Below are positions 38,076-53,319 of a stretch of 64,000 bases of DNA, piece by piece. The DNA comes from Octopus sinensis (taxonomy: Eukaryota). Positions within the stretch are counted from its first letter, which is position 1. Each line of letters starts with the position of its first letter. The stretch covers positions 189,968,001-190,032,000 of the forward strand of contig NC_042998.1 of NCBI RefSeq assembly GCF_006345805.1, in the 5' to 3' direction. The notes under the pieces were generated by a model that saw only the letters and a program-made list of their open reading frames with translations, ran no database searches and was not told the DNA's origin. The translations under genes were made by a program, and so were the position numbers.

Positions 38076-39154
38076 ACTAATTGAGGAAGAGGCATATAAA
38101 AATTGAATTGACATGTATACTTTAGTGGCGGGATTAAAGGCAAAGAGGGAAAATTTTAACTCAGAAGGTAGAATAACAAAATATTGCAGCATGCCTGAAT
38201 AAAGAACGGGATGGCCATAGCTGAAATGCTCGTGATCAAAGGCCTGGTCTATCAGAGAAGACCTGGGGCTAAAAGATAACAAAAATATTATAGAATAATG
38301 GATAGTTCATAGAATTTGCGATCTTAAATAATTAACTGCCATTTAAAGTTATTGGCTTGTGGGTACGTAATTTATCTTATATAAATTATAGGTGATATAG
38401 TTAATTCCACTCGGGAAAATCTCGGAAAACATGAATGACATTGGTTATTTCTTTTCGTTTCTTATTGTAATTAAACGATGCGTATATAATACCAATTTTC
38501 ATTCGAACATCAGTAAATACTTGATTTATTGCATTCAAATTAATTTAATTTTATGTTAGATATAAAATGGTCATGCTACCTCGTATGACATTCTTAATAA
38601 ACTCATCTGCAATAATTTATTTATTATCTGAAACAAAACAAAAAAAAACATATCCCTCAGAAATAGAATTTACAAAAAAAAAACATTAATAATAAGGATA
38701 ATAAATTATAAAATAAATAAATAACAAGCGTTGACAAAGTTGAACATTTCACTAATCACGAAGATATATAGAGTTTTGCTAGCGTTGTTGTTTAATCCCA
38801 GGTCAGTACTGATCGAGCAAACTTATTCTCGAAGGCTTTCCCGCTTTGAGAACTCCTGCCTTTATTTTTCGAACATAATGTAACTACGGTTGCATTATCT
38901 AATATGTACTGCCATTTTTAAGAAGGCATGGTGAGAATAGAAGGACATTTGGCAGCAATAACACGTGGGTTAAATGACCATGCAGGGTTTCCATCCTTCG
39001 CTCAGATTTATATATTTATTTATTTAGAGTAATGAAAGAATGGGAAACAAATCTTGTGCTGGATCAGACGTTAGTATATCGTTTATATTTCCCCTTTAAA
39101 AATCAGTAATCTTATAACTAGTAATGAAATCACCTAACAGAATTACACAAACAA

Positions 39155-39777
39155 GGAGCACTCCGTCGGTTACGACGACGAGGTTCCCAGCTGATACGAC
39201 CGATGGAACAGCTTGCTCGTGAAATTGACGTACAAGTGGCTGAGCTCTCCAGAGACACGTGTGCCCTTAACGTAGCTTTCAGGGATATTCAACGTGAAAC
39301 AGAGTGTGACAAGGCTGGCCCTTTGAAATCCAGGTACTACTCATTTCTGCCTGCTGAGTGGACTGGAGCAACGTGAAATAAAGTGTCTTGCTCAAGGACA
39401 CAACGCGTCGCCGGGAATTGAGGTCATGACCTTACGATCGGGAGACGAATGCCCTAACCATTAAGCCACGTGCCTTCACATGACTGGAGTACTTCGTCGG
39501 TTACGATGACGAGGGTCCCAGCTGATACGATCAACGGAACAGCTTGCTCGTGAAACTAACGTGCTAGTGGCTGAGCAATCCACAGACACTTGTACCCCTA
39601 ACATAGTTCTCAGGGGGATTCAGCTTGACACAAAGTGTGACAAGGCCGGCCCTTTGAAATACAGGCACTACTCATTTTTGCCAGCTGAGTGGACTGGAAC
39701 AACGTGTCACCGGGAATTGAAATCACGACCTTCCGATCGTGAGCCGAATGCCCTAACCATTAAGCCACGCGCCTTCA
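39155..39777 (-). mobile_element. Two adjacent same-strand copies of a tRNA-derived SINE (39155-39478, 39486-39777)
   Basis: Direct repeat of about 300 bp, moderately diverged, each with a tRNA-like head at its right end. Confidence 0.85.
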
Positions 39778-40004
39778 CACTCAGACAAAATGGGACTAAA
39801 TCCCAGTATGACCTCAGCTTTAAAGCTGAAACAGTTTAAAGAATTTAAAGAATTATGGAATTGATTATCGATATCCGTTGCTAAAATAAATTTTATTCAT
39901 CGTATACTTCTTCTCTCTCTCTTTCTCTCTGTTTATATAAAGATATATATATATATATACATATATTTGTATATGTGTGTAGGTATGTATATATTCATGC
40001 ATAA

Positions 40005-40053
<49 letters not shown>

Positions 40054-40464
40054 TAAGCATCTAGTTGCCTAGCCACATACCAAGAATTTAGAAATAGCAG
40101 TCAAAGACCGCCTATTCCTATTTCTACAAATATATAACATTTACTTGTAACTCACATATGCAAAAAGAAGGAAAAATAACAAAAACAAACAGTCTTCGGT
40201 TAGTTGTGGACACGTTTCTGGGTTAGAATTATCAAGAACTCATTCTCGACTTCAGTACAACATTCCATTAAGTTATAGATTTGCAAATGCTATTTACCTA
40301 CCTCTTGCATCCCAATCCCGCGTCATCGGAGATAGCAGAAGATAGTCAGCACAAACCAAATCCATATAGACGAATGAATTTGTATTTTCCCTTCAAAATT
40401 ACCATGTGTGTTACAAATAATAGTATGTATGTATGTATGTATGTATGTATGTATGTATGTATGC

Positions 40465-40518
<54 letters not shown>

Positions 40519-40521
<3 letters not shown>

Positions 40522-40780
40522 GGCGCATAGCCTAGTGGTTAGGGTGTTGCACTCACGATTGCACCGAGTGGTACGTTGTGCTTTTGAGCAAAGCACTTCA
40601 TCTCGCGTTGCTCTGCGGCCACTTGAACACCTGACGCGTGGACACCGTCGATCTGACGGAGAAAGTGAGCTAATGCGCAGCACGAACGTTTGATCACCAT
40701 AAACAAATCATTTCCGTAGATTGTTCGGCAAGAACTGAATGCTTATACATCGTCTTCGACGCGAGAGTTCGTCATTGATA
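40519..40780 (+). mobile_element. tRNA-derived SINE family C-related
   Basis: gggcgcatagcctagtggttaggg head; ttgagcaaagcactt core. Confidence 0.75.
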
Positions 40781-40834
40781 CATGTTTGTTTGTGTGTGTG
40801 TGTGCAGACAACACAGGAAGATACTTTTACAATG

Positions 40835-40892
<58 letters not shown>

Positions 40893-41203
40893 ACGGCGGT
40901 GCATCAGCATGGCCGCAGCTCTGAGCTGAAACTAGAAAAAAAAAAATATATATATATATATATATTTTTATAGAGAGAGAGAGAGAGAGAGAGATAAATA
41001 TATGCATATATACATGAATACATATGTATATGTACACATCTATACATTCATATATATATGTAAACATATATGCATATAAGTATACAGATATACATTCATA
41101 TATGTATAAATATATATATATGTAAAGATGTATATATGTGTATGTATATATACTTGTATGCATGTATATATATATTATATATTTGAATATATGTATATGT
41201 ATG

Positions 41204-41325
<122 letters not shown>

Positions 41326-41336
41326 GTATGTATGTA

Positions 41337-41706
41337 CTCTTTTATTCTTTTATATGTTTCAGTCTAACTGCGGCCATGCTGGAGGACCACCTTTAGTCAA
41401 ACAAATCGATCCTGTAGTTTATTATTTGTAAGCCTAATATTTATTCTATCGGTCTGTTTTGCCGAACCGGGGACGCAGACACACCAAGCATCGATTGCCA
41501 AGCAATGGTGGGGGAACAAACACAATCACACAAATACACACATACATACATATGTATATATATATACTACGGGCTTCTCTCAGTTTCCGTCTACGAAATC
41601 CACTCACAAGGCTCTGGTCGGCCTGTGGCAATAGCAGAAGACACTTGCCCAAGGTGCCACGCAGAACCATGTGCAAGCTACTTACCACACACCCACTCTT
41701 GCACCT
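41337..41706 (-). mobile_element. SINE family A
   Basis: Reverse-complement match to 58613-59019. Confidence 0.85.
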
Positions 41707-42063
41707 ATAATATATATGTACATAATTCAGGATAAAATCATTAGAAAGTTTTCATCAAGTAGCCAGCATGTAATATAAACCATATAGCTAACAATTAACA
41801 CTCATATATAATTATGAATATAATTATAGTAAACGTTGCTGATAAACAACACCAACATCCTAGAAATAAACGCCAAATAGCTATAAAAGCCACATCTTAC
41901 ACTGTCATAACAAAGTGTAGAGCTATTTGGCATCTATATCTAGCATGTTGGTGTTGCCCATCAGCACCTTTAACTATAATTATATTTATAATCATATATA
42001 TTATATATATATATCCCCACCACCGTACATGTCTCTACGAGAGATTTAGAAATTTAGTATTTC

Positions 42064-42101
<38 letters not shown>

Positions 42102-42183
42102 TATATATATATTATATATATATTATATATATATTATATATATACATATTCATATATACATATATATACATATATATATATAC

Positions 42184-42215
<32 letters not shown>

Positions 42216-42324
42216 ATATATACATACACATACATATTTATATATACATATATACATATATATACATTTATATATATAAATATATACATATATATATATA
42301 TACATATATACCTATATACGCACG

Positions 42325-42360
<36 letters not shown>

Positions 42361-42559
42361 ATATATATATATATATATGGCTAGGCAACCTGTTGCCCGC
42401 CTCTTTTATTTATATACAAAATATATATTGAACTTTTATAGAAGTTCCTACCGTTAATGGTTATATTTACATGCCGAAATCTACCAGTAAATAATTGTTT
42501 TTTTAAACCATTAAAGCTATTATTTACTCTTATTATAATATATATATATATATAATATA

Positions 42560-42634
<75 letters not shown>

Positions 42635-42638
<4 letters not shown>

Positions 42639-42999
42639 GAAGGTTTGAAAATGCAATTTTAAAGTCACTTGACCCGTTTCACTTTTTTCGAAAAAGTTTG
42701 TCAAAAGTAAAACGTAAAGCTTTGTAAAAGCTTTGTTGTGTTTAGTACTGGTTGTCACAAAATATTACAATACATACATACATTCGTTGATAATAATAAG
42801 AAAATATTTAACTGTTCTAAAAAATTTCTTATTATTATCAAAGAATGTATATATGTATTGTAATATTATGTGGCAACCAGTACTTAACACAACAAACCTT
42901 TTACAAAGCTTTACATTTTACTTTCGTTAATCTTTTTCTAAAAAATGAAACCGGTCAAGTGAATAATATCTTTAAAATTGCATTTTCAAACCTTCTTCC
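42635..42999. repeat. Fold-back inverted repeat, about 150-bp arms, 57-bp spacer
   Basis: 42635-42785 is the imperfect reverse complement of 42843-42999 (substitutions plus a 7-bp indel); TA flanks. Confidence 0.9.
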
Positions 43000-43045
43000 A
43001 TATATATTTCCACTCGTGCGGCACCTTACAATTTCACTTTGTTAC

Positions 43046-43114
<69 letters not shown>

Positions 43115-43172
43115 GTCAATATATACTTATATATACACACACACATCACATATATATATAAGCTTGCTACTT

Positions 43173-43203
<31 letters not shown>

Positions 43204-43341
43204 AAGTAGTGAGCTTATTTGGTTTTTATTTACCTAACTTCAACCTGTGCAGACAATACTGGACAGACCAGATGTCTCAACTTAAGTACCTAATTCAACT
43301 GAATCTTAATTATATGCATATATGTAATATATATAGCTCTA

Positions 43342-44319
43342 ATTTTAAGTGGTGTCCTCCAGGGAACTGTTCTGGAGGCATTACTGTTCATAATAGCCTC
43401 AGACATGCCTAGGGTCACTAGGACAACTACTGTCACTAAGTATGTTGATGATACAAAATTATCACTGGCAATAAAAAATTGCCAGTGAATTCGATTTACA
43501 AATGGGCTAAAATAAACAACATGCAGTTTAATGCTGGAAAATATCCATCATTGCACTATCAACTCATGAATACACTACAGCCTGCATATACAGGACCCGA
43601 AGGCACTACAATCCCAGAGTCACAGGCAGTGAAAGACTCGGGGATCAGTATGTGCTAATGAAGCATTATTTTATATATGCACATTACCAAGATGGTAGCA
43701 AAGTGCAGACAGCTGGCAGGATGGATACTGAGGTCCTCCAAGACACGAGATCAAGAAACTATGTTGAGCCTATGAAGAAATTTTTATTCTCTGCCGCCTG
43801 GACTACTGCTCCCAGTTATGTTCACCACATAGTGCCAAACTAACATCGGAGCTTGAAGCAGTCCAACGCCACATTGAAACAGAGCAACGGATGAGCTACA
43901 GGGATAGGCGGAGAAAACTCCAACTTTACTCCCTGGAGCGGCAGTGCGAGAGATATACAAGAATCGACATCTGGAAAACTCTAGAAGGTCCAGTACCTAA
44001 TTTTGGCCTTGAGTGTTATACAAATGCCAGAACAGCCCACCATTGTGTTGTACCAAAGCTACCATCTCCTCCATCTAAACTCAGGACCAGGTACTGCAAT
44101 AGTCTGGTTTTCAAAGGTTTACAGTTTTTCAATACCCTACCGCAAAATTTTAGAAATCTGCATAAGATGGAAGTAGATATCTTCAAAAAGGAACTAAACA
44201 TCCACCTTTCAACAATACTGTATGAGCCAACAGCCCATTATGAGATGCAGATGAGGGCAGCGGAATCAAACTCCCTTATACACCAAACGGGCCAACAGCT
44301 GGGACAAACGCACATATAA
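43342..44319 (+). mobile_element. 5'-truncated CR1/L2-type LINE ORF2 relic (RT C-terminal half and downstream domain), stops/frameshifts
   Basis: In-frame SGVLQGTVLEALLF...KYVDDTK (YVDD at 43441-43452), then WAKINNMQFNAGK, VKDSGI, DYCSQL, LEAVQR. ORF 43891-44319 YRDRRRKLQLYSLERQCERY...IWKTLEGPVPN matches the CR1-clade C-terminal pattern. Confidence 0.88.
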
Positions 44320-44623
44320 GGGTGGCGATCTGAAACACCCCAAACTGAGAAAATCAGAAAGACTACGGTGGTGAAATTTTTACTTTAATTTAAATATTTT
44401 AATTGGATTTTTATATTTTATATTTTATACTTTTTTATATATTTTTTAATTAATTTTATTTCTATGTATTGGCTTATGATTTTCACTGTTTGATTTGCCT
44501 AATAGTGGTTTTATCTCTAATTTAATATAATATATATTTATACTATAAAATAAGATTTAATCCTAAATCTAATTTTTCCCGGTAAGTTTGGATTTACTCC
44601 CTAATATTATTATTATATATGTA

Positions 44624-44656
<33 letters not shown>

Positions 44657-44827
44657 ATATATATATACATATGCTTATATTTATGTATATATATGCATAT
44701 ATATATGTATATATATGCATGGATATATATGCATACATATATATGTATGTATATATGTATGTATGCATGGATATATATGCATACATATATATGTATGTAT
44801 ATATGTATCTATGTATGTATGTATGTA

Positions 44828-44887
<60 letters not shown>

Positions 44888-47800
44888 TATATATTTACTT
44901 GCTGTGATAGACAGGTAGGTTGTAATATACTACTAAAGATATTCTGTCTACATTATGATACTGAAGCTATTTTCATCACTGAGTTCATTTAAATCAGATT
45001 TATATTTTACACAGCAATTGTAGCACTGTCAGACAATAGGTGTTACAGTTCAGACTTCGACATCTGTCAAAGATAACTTACTATTTCATTATTATGGCGA
45101 ATATAATGGAACGTGGATCTAAAATGTCACACTAACTCCTACCTTCGGTTAAATGTCACGAAATAATAGAATTCCTGACACCCCGGCTATACTCGTAGAC
45201 TAGAGTACCTTATTGTATATATATATGTACGTCTAGCTGGGAAGATGATGTGATAGAGGTCAGTCATTCTCTAAATAGTGTCCACTCGACAATCCGGTGC
45301 ATCAAGCTGCAGCCAAGATTGAGTTGATTTTTTCTCCCACCTCCCTTCATATGTTATAAGTTCTCTTATATTGAACAGAAAAAGAGTGCAATTCAAATGT
45401 CCAGCAGAAAGAAGATGGAAGTGCTAGAGGAAGGCTTGACCTCTTCTTTAGCTTAATACATTATATTATAAAGTGCGAACATTCATAAATGAAATGGATA
45501 AATATATTGGAAGATTATATTGCATTTCCGTATTGAGTAGAGAGCTGGAATCTCAGCATTTTGGCTGCATGTCACTTTTGAAAGTGAAATGCGGTGATAA
45601 AATATTTCATTTACGAAGAATGTTCCCAGATAATCAATTATCTTCCACTGATAATTACATTAACAGCATCTTTGATGATCATATAGAAGACAACATAGCA
45701 TAATATAAGTGAAGATAAGGAAAAATTGGTAAAACCAATCGCCGAGCCGAAGAATAAAACTAACGTCTTCTGCACTGTAGTGGGCAGTATAGGATAGAAT
45801 TAAAACAGACCAACAAGCAAATAAAACTATCACAAAATTATAGCACTAATTAAATATGAAATAAATAAATAAATGAATAAGTTTTAATTAGAAAAATCAC
45901 CAAGGATATTTATTCTCTTGTGGCTCAGTTTGTTAATTAAGGAAACGATTTCGATTTTTCTTAAATGCGTTTGATGAGAAACATTATGGGCAAAATAACA
46001 GAAGACTTCGATTTAAAAGAAGAGCAAATCAGAAGCAAATAGAAAATTATAAAAGAAAATTCTAAATTTATGACAGTAAAGAAAGGAATTCAAAATACTA
46101 ACGTCACTGAATATGACTATAACTCATCTTTAACTTCAATCTTGCCTATTTGGAGATAATTTTCTAATCAATAATCCCTACAAGTAAAAACAAAACAAGA
46201 ATATAAACACTGAAAGAATCAGGAGAAAAGTAGAAGGAAATTATAATTAAAAAAAGCCAGATAGACTTAATGGAAAATTAAATGAATTAAAAGCAACACA
46301 GAAGAAAGAAAAATCGAAAGCTGGAGGTTAAAAGGATCATATTTGAAAACAGAGCTACACCTGACACATATAGACACAGATATATACACTTTTACACACT
46401 CAAATGTGTATGTATATGTGTATATAGATAGACTGAAAGAGAGAGAGAGAGGGGGGGAGACGCACACGCACATTTGTATATACGTAAATTAAAACGCGTA
46501 CATTCATATTAAAAGACATAAATAATCTTTAAAATTAAGACATGAAAAGACATTTTATACACGCTTACACACTTATGCATATATACCCGTATATAAAACG
46601 CAATGTATATATAATTTTGTGTATGTGTATGTATATCTAAAATCCGACTAAAATTTCTGATATCTAAAATTGATACAAATTATATTAAATAGGATTGTTA
46701 TGGTATCATTTACTTCAATAAAATTAAATTAATTATGCACCAGCTATAATACTAAACTATTATTGTTTAACAACATCTTCAAACTTTTCATTATAAAGTG
46801 GATATTTATTATTTCCCAATTATTGAAAGTTCTTCATTTGATACAAACAAAATTAAAACTAATAAAATTATAATTAGGAGAAAAAAGAAGAGAGTGAAAA
46901 TATTCTGTGTATGAATTTTGAACAGTTAAAAATATTTTCAAGCTCATTAAGAAATCAACAAACGCCTATAAGAAAAACATTAGAGAACTGCGGTTGTGGT
47001 GCCACCAGAAATGACTTTGTACTCTAAAAAAAAATAACTTTTCATCATAAACAAATTCGAAAAAGTATAGGTTTTAGCAATTACGCTTTTACCCTTTAAC
47101 TGGTTCCAGAACCTTCAGGCGAAAGCTATGTTGGGGACACCGACGACGCCATCAAATTAATTGATTCTTACGAAATTATTAATTAAAATTTTAGCTATAT
47201 ATTTACTTAAAAGACTAAAATAATGATGGAACAAATAGAATAATTGTGTTTTTTGACGAAAAAGACGATTAGAAGAATAAATACTTTCTTTTGTTAACAT
47301 TCAATTGGTATTTCAGCTTTAATTTTTACAATATTTTCTCTAGGGTTATTTTGTTGTTTTAGACTCTGTTTTTCTAGTTAGTATTTCAATAATGATGCTT
47401 TACTAATACATAATTATCTAATGCTCTTATAGAGTTGAATAATTATATTCATCATCTGCAGTCTTTTGTATCAACGTTGATAAGGTTCATTTGCTTGAAT
47501 AGCCCATTAGTTCAATAGTGCACCGTGCAAGCTGCAGTTGAATGCTATACTGCATACTCTTCTACTATTTTAAATGGTTTTAGCCATCTGGCTGAAACAC
47601 TGATGGGGCGCCACCATAAAAGTTATTATATATAAGTCATGGATCTCCGTCGGGTGCAACGATGACTATTCAGTTGCCCGATCAACTAAATTTATTGTTC
47701 ATTGAATTAACGTTTAAATGGATTAAAATTCTACTGATTCGAGAACTGTACTCTTAGATAATTGCCACCCACGAAAAATTAATGTGTGATAAGTGCGGAC

Positions 47801-49574
47801 TTTTGAATAAGGCCTTCCACCTAAGTTTTTGTCTACTAAATTTCACTTACAAGGGCTGGGTCGGTTCGAGGTTATAATAAATGAAAGTTGCCTAAGATGC
47901 CATTTAGCGAGAAACAACCTAAGGACCCGTTATTCGCAAACACACTTCTTAAGGAACATATATAAGCACATATATAAATAAGTGTATACATATATGTAGA
48001 TGAACGGATGTGAAATATATCAATTTATATTCACGTTCATATAGGTAAACATTCACATGTAATTCAGATAAATTCTAAGGTACTAAATAATGTACATAGA
48101 AAAATTCTGAATTAAATTAAATTTGCTAGTTGCTGGGGAAAGAAAAACACACTAATGACAGTTGTTAGTGAGTCTCAGAAAGAATGATATATAATTTCAA
48201 GAAATTAGAATTGATTTTACAGAAAATTGAATTTTCATGTTTAGGAGGAAAATCTGATCTTTGTTAACCGACAACGGGACGGATACTGGTGTGTTTCTGT
48301 CTAAGAATAGTCTTGTCAAGCGGAAAAAAGAGTTATAGAGAGTTTGAACAGAACATTTTGCATAATTGTAAAAAATTGAGACAAGGCAAATAGTTCAAGT
48401 GGGCTAAAAGCATTGATTTAAGTATTTCAGGTAGGTGATGACATATTGAATAATACGAGCAAAAGATTGTAAATGAAATTAGATTTGGTTTTCTTTATCC
48501 AATGTGGAAGCATCTTTCAATTCATTGGGAAGGCTTTGCATGCGTTATCTAGCACATCACCACTTTCCTGAATCGTCTAATTTCATACAATTAGCACACC
48601 TGAGAAAATTTTCCAAATAATCTATAAATAGGGAACAGTGGTATATTGGGATAGATTCATTCAACTATGCATTCTTCGCAAAAAAAAAAAATCACTTTTG
48701 AGTGCGATTTAGACATCAACATCAATTTTTCTTTTTTTTTTTTGGATTGATTAGGATTTATTGTGATAACAATAATAGTTCTAACATTGATAGAGTGCCA
48801 CAAATTTTATAGGATGATTTGGTCGACTTAATGGAGCCCAGTATTTGTCTGGTAGATTTGGTTTCGGTGGGATTTTTATTCACAATATAAAACATCATAA
48901 CTAATACTATGGGCTATTTTGACCAACTTCTGCGACTCCACCACTTCGCAGCCTTATTTATTTATTTATTTCGAAATTTATTTTAAACGACGGCGTTAAA
49001 CAAGAGAGCCACGACAGATGTAGGACATACATTTAATACCCTATAATAGAATGTACTAGATTGAGGGGAAAATATATGAATAATTTTGCTGTTCAATTTC
49101 GTGGTTACTTCCATGAATTGACAATATTAAGTATTTTGTGTTCTACTTAGGGTTTTTTTTTCAAGACTCTGATTGGAATATAAAGTGCTTCCATCCTCCT
49201 CTTTGTCCAGGTATTACCAAGATGTAGGTTTCTTTCCTATTACGCATATCCCTAAAATTACTGGCATTTGTTTAATCATTTTAGTATGACAAAAGATTAA
49301 GTTCACTAAGTTAGAATTTAAAAGTGACACCACAAGTTAATACCGTAGCATCTGCTACAATTCGAATATTCAAACCGTATTACTAAGAGTTTGAAATTCA
49401 CTCTCTACTTTCTAAGTTTTAATCCCACTGAGATGAATTTATTCTTTCTTTTCACAAGAATATATAAATACATGTACGAGGCTTGCTTTTGGATTAACTC
49501 TTAAGTGATTATAACTTGATTAAATGTATTGCTTTGAAGCAATGCTATGCATGAATATTCTTCCAAACATACAG

Positions 49575-49754
49575 GTAGCAACTGGAGAAATCGTTAGCAC
49601 AACGGATGAAATGCTTAGTGGCATTTCATCTGTCTTCACGTTCTGAGTTCAAATTCCACCGGAGTCGACAAAATACGTACGATCAAAACGCAGGGGTATC
49701 TAATCTCAACTTAGCCCCCAAACACCCGCTGGCCTTGTGCCAAAATTTGAAACC
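49575..49754 (+). mobile_element. SINE family B fragment
   Basis: aatcgttagcac...gaaatgcttag...ttctgagttcaaattcc. Confidence 0.75.
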
Positions 49755-52700
49755 GATATTTGCCAATGAGCAAAATCAATTGAACATCCTACATAACATC
49801 TTGCAATTATATCCCTTTATGTTTTGAGTTCTTATTATGCATGGTTTGACTTTTTGCATCCCTCTGTAGTCTATAAATAAACAACGAACGAAAGGGAAGG
49901 TTTTAATCAGCTATACCCGCTCTTTTATAAATCTGACGCTTTGTAGTATCATGATAAGAATTCAATATTTTCAAGAACAATGATTTTTCTTAGGACTTCT
50001 TGTGACTTGAAAAATTTAAATTTCTTTAATGGTTATTACCATTTATGCCTATTTTTAATTATTACGTGTTTTTCGTTAATTATTTCAAGCCTTTAATTTA
50101 CCTAAAGTATGTTAAAATCTTATACCAATTGTACAGATTCCTAAACATAAGCACTAAATTATCAAGGGAACGTACTATTGTAATGCACATCTTGTATTCT
50201 GTGATTGATGACTACATGTCGCTAAAAATGAACTCCAAGTTAAATTATTCTATGAATGATGTTCTGTCTACCTCTCACTGACTATAACAACTTTATCTTG
50301 TTTATTTTAAATCATTACCGTTTCTCCAAATTGCTCTTTAGATTCAAATGTTTCGTTTGATTACCATTTTTTGTTTGCATGTTCTTTTCTTTTCATATTA
50401 GGATTCTTTCTTGAAGCATTTCTTTATCCAATGAAAATCTGTGGAGGAGGTTTCTAATAAACAACCTATACGAAATACAACAGACAAGACGTTTTCAAAT
50501 ATTTTTGTGCTCCAAGAAAATGTTGTTCTTTTTTTTTTTATTGCTGAACATAGAAATTGATTGAAAGTGTTAACTGTGGTAATGTATAAATTAAAGTTAT
50601 TTTAGAAAATAAAGTTGACTTCAGCAATGCAGTCAGAATAATTTGGCAGATATTCATGTCCTTCAGTATAAAGAAAGTGTCTGGATTTTAAAATTGTTCA
50701 TAAAGCTTTCTTGAGTTCGGAATTGGATGAAGGATTCATAATTTTTTTACTTAAAGATACATTTCGGTTGTAAAATGATATGCCAATTGGTAACAATTCA
50801 AAAATAAATAAATAATGGCTTCTAATTTTGACACAAGGCTAACAAATTTAGACTTCTTCGGCCTTCCTAGAAACTACCTTCTTACACTGTATCCCAAAAT
50901 GACGAGAAGCCAACGGTTAAAGTTGCTACAGATATCACTAACCGTGCGCCTCGTATTTATCTTCCCCTTGTACTGCAGTGCCAGATTATGCACAGATGTG
51001 TGAAACGCCACTTCAACTGGTCTCCTCTCCATGTCCTCGTTCTCATAAACCAGAGAATACCTCTATATGTTCTGTATTGGTCAGTGGTGTGTATATTTTA
51101 CCATACATAAGCTAGGGGTCTTGAAATTTACGCTCTGTGGATATAAGGAAACGCTACTGAATATAGGTAATTAAGAGGTCAAAACAGTAGACTTATTCCT
51201 GAAATGCTACTACTAAACCTCGTTTGTCTGAAGCTGACGGCTACCTAATATTCCACTCTATCCGATACCTCTATTGTTTTTTCGACACTAGCAAAGAATG
51301 CATTTCTTTGATGGTGGTGCTTTTGTTAATGACACATGAGTTTAACTTTCCATTTATGAAATTGTGACTGAATTTATAAGTGTATCTGTTTGCTTCATAG
51401 CCACTTTTATAGTTTATATCTGTTGTTTCATCCACTTTCAAAACTTTTGGGGGCGAATTTGCTGCTGTTCCATTTGTGGCTAGTACCTTCTGCTCTGCCG
51501 TAAAGGTGGTCATATTCAATCTCCAATAAACAAACGGAAATTTATGTTTACAAAACTTTCTATTCATTAAAAACATGTAAAGATAAGCCATTTCCCGAAC
51601 CCAGGATAATGGGATAGACATTTTTATGTTTCGAAACCATTTATTTGTGAATCCCTCTACCTCTCATAAATTAATCCTAAATGCAAACATCTTCTAAGGG
51701 GAGTCCTTTGAAAGTACATGAGTCCTCAGAATAAAAAAAAAGCAACAACTTCAGCAACAACACCAATAGGAATGCTATAGGAAGCATGTGACAATTCTAT
51801 GTACAATAACCATAAGAAACTGGACCAATAGCAACAGTAGCAATATACTCAATGTGGATGGCACTGTACTGTCATCAATATTATTAATATTATTATTGTT
51901 GTAAATTGTGTTACTGAAACGAAAACGAAAAGCAAGAAACAAACTCAAAAACAAATATAAATAGATTAATACCAAAGGCTTTTAATCCATGGAGCGGCAG
52001 GAAAGAGTGACAAAGACTTGATTTAATGAAACTACTCTAAAAAGGGACAATCCCTTTATGTCAACAGAACAGAAATACGGGGCACTCTCATTGAATTGAT
52101 TTGCCCGTCCTACGGAGGAACTGTTCTAGGCTGCGGCTCTGTTTATATTACTCAATTGACCCTTACAAACTAACTGACGATGTATCTTATAATAGATTTC
52201 TTCTTGCGGTGATAAAAATCTGAATAAGCTGTCGGTTTTCATCATAATATTAATACGACTATAGGAAGAGGAGAGGAAAACAACCTCAGCACCAAACTGA
52301 CGATTAGCTCGAATCAGTCGTATGACAAATAGGATTACGCTTAAAACCGAAACGCTCATAAATTATTTCTTCGCGTGATTCTCATCTCCTACTTGAATCT
52401 TCAACGGTATTTAACCACATTGTCTCCAATTTGTTTTTGAAGAAGACACTCACAGACACCCGCAATCATAACAAACCACTTGCACACACACACACGCGCA
52501 CACACACACACACACACAAGTAATCAGAAACACTCGTTTAAACATATATAAAATCCTACACTTTGACACATTTCTCTAAATTCATCATATAAAAATTCAG
52601 CTACATCTATAAGATGGCTGAAAACACATATACGCACATTCTGAGCAAAGCAGGCACTCACTCGTAAAAGCACGCATACACACATAAACATTCAAAGATC

Positions 52701-52937
52701 TGCATACACATTCTGTCAAATTTATAAAAGTATAAATACTGAATTGTGGACATCTACAATTGTTTATGCTTAGCTGTGAAAGGGTAGTATTCTAAAAACA
52801 TATAAACATATACCTTTATCATCCGCTCCCAATACACAATACATTACATGTGTGTATGTGTGTGTGAGTGTCTGTGTGTATAACTGATATATATATATAT
52901 ATATATATAATTTTTTTGCTGTAGTTACAGCTCATAG

Positions 52938-53147
52938 CTGCGGCCATGCTAATGCACCGCCGTTATATATATATATATATATACGACAGGCTTCTTTCGG
53001 TTTTTGCCTACCAAATCCACTCACGTAACTTTGGTCGGCCCGAGGCTATGGTAGAAGACACTTGCCCAAGGTGCTACGCATTGGGACTGAACTTGTAACC
53101 ATGTGGCTGGTAAACAAGCTACTTACCACACAGCCACTCCTGCGCCT
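52938..53147 (-). mobile_element. SINE family A, internally deleted
   Basis: Head matches 58613-58770; a 3' piece (ctgcggccatgct) lies beyond a (TA)n run. Confidence 0.8.
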
Positions 53148-53319
53148 GTAAAATATAGTCGGAAAAATATATATAATATTTTTAATCGACTTAAGTTACA
53201 AAATGAGTTAAAGGCCGAGAGATCTGTGCATGAACTTATGAATCCTATTTATAAAATTACATACATGTGCGTGCGTGAGTGTGTTGGTAATTATGATTAA
53301 ATATTTATTTATCAGTACA

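Noticed and set aside
50800-51621. 116-aa ORF and a faint Tc1/mariner resemblance (MTTFTAEQKV; WPxRS-like)
   Set aside because: Motifs are too degraded to call and no TIRs were found; needs an HMM search.
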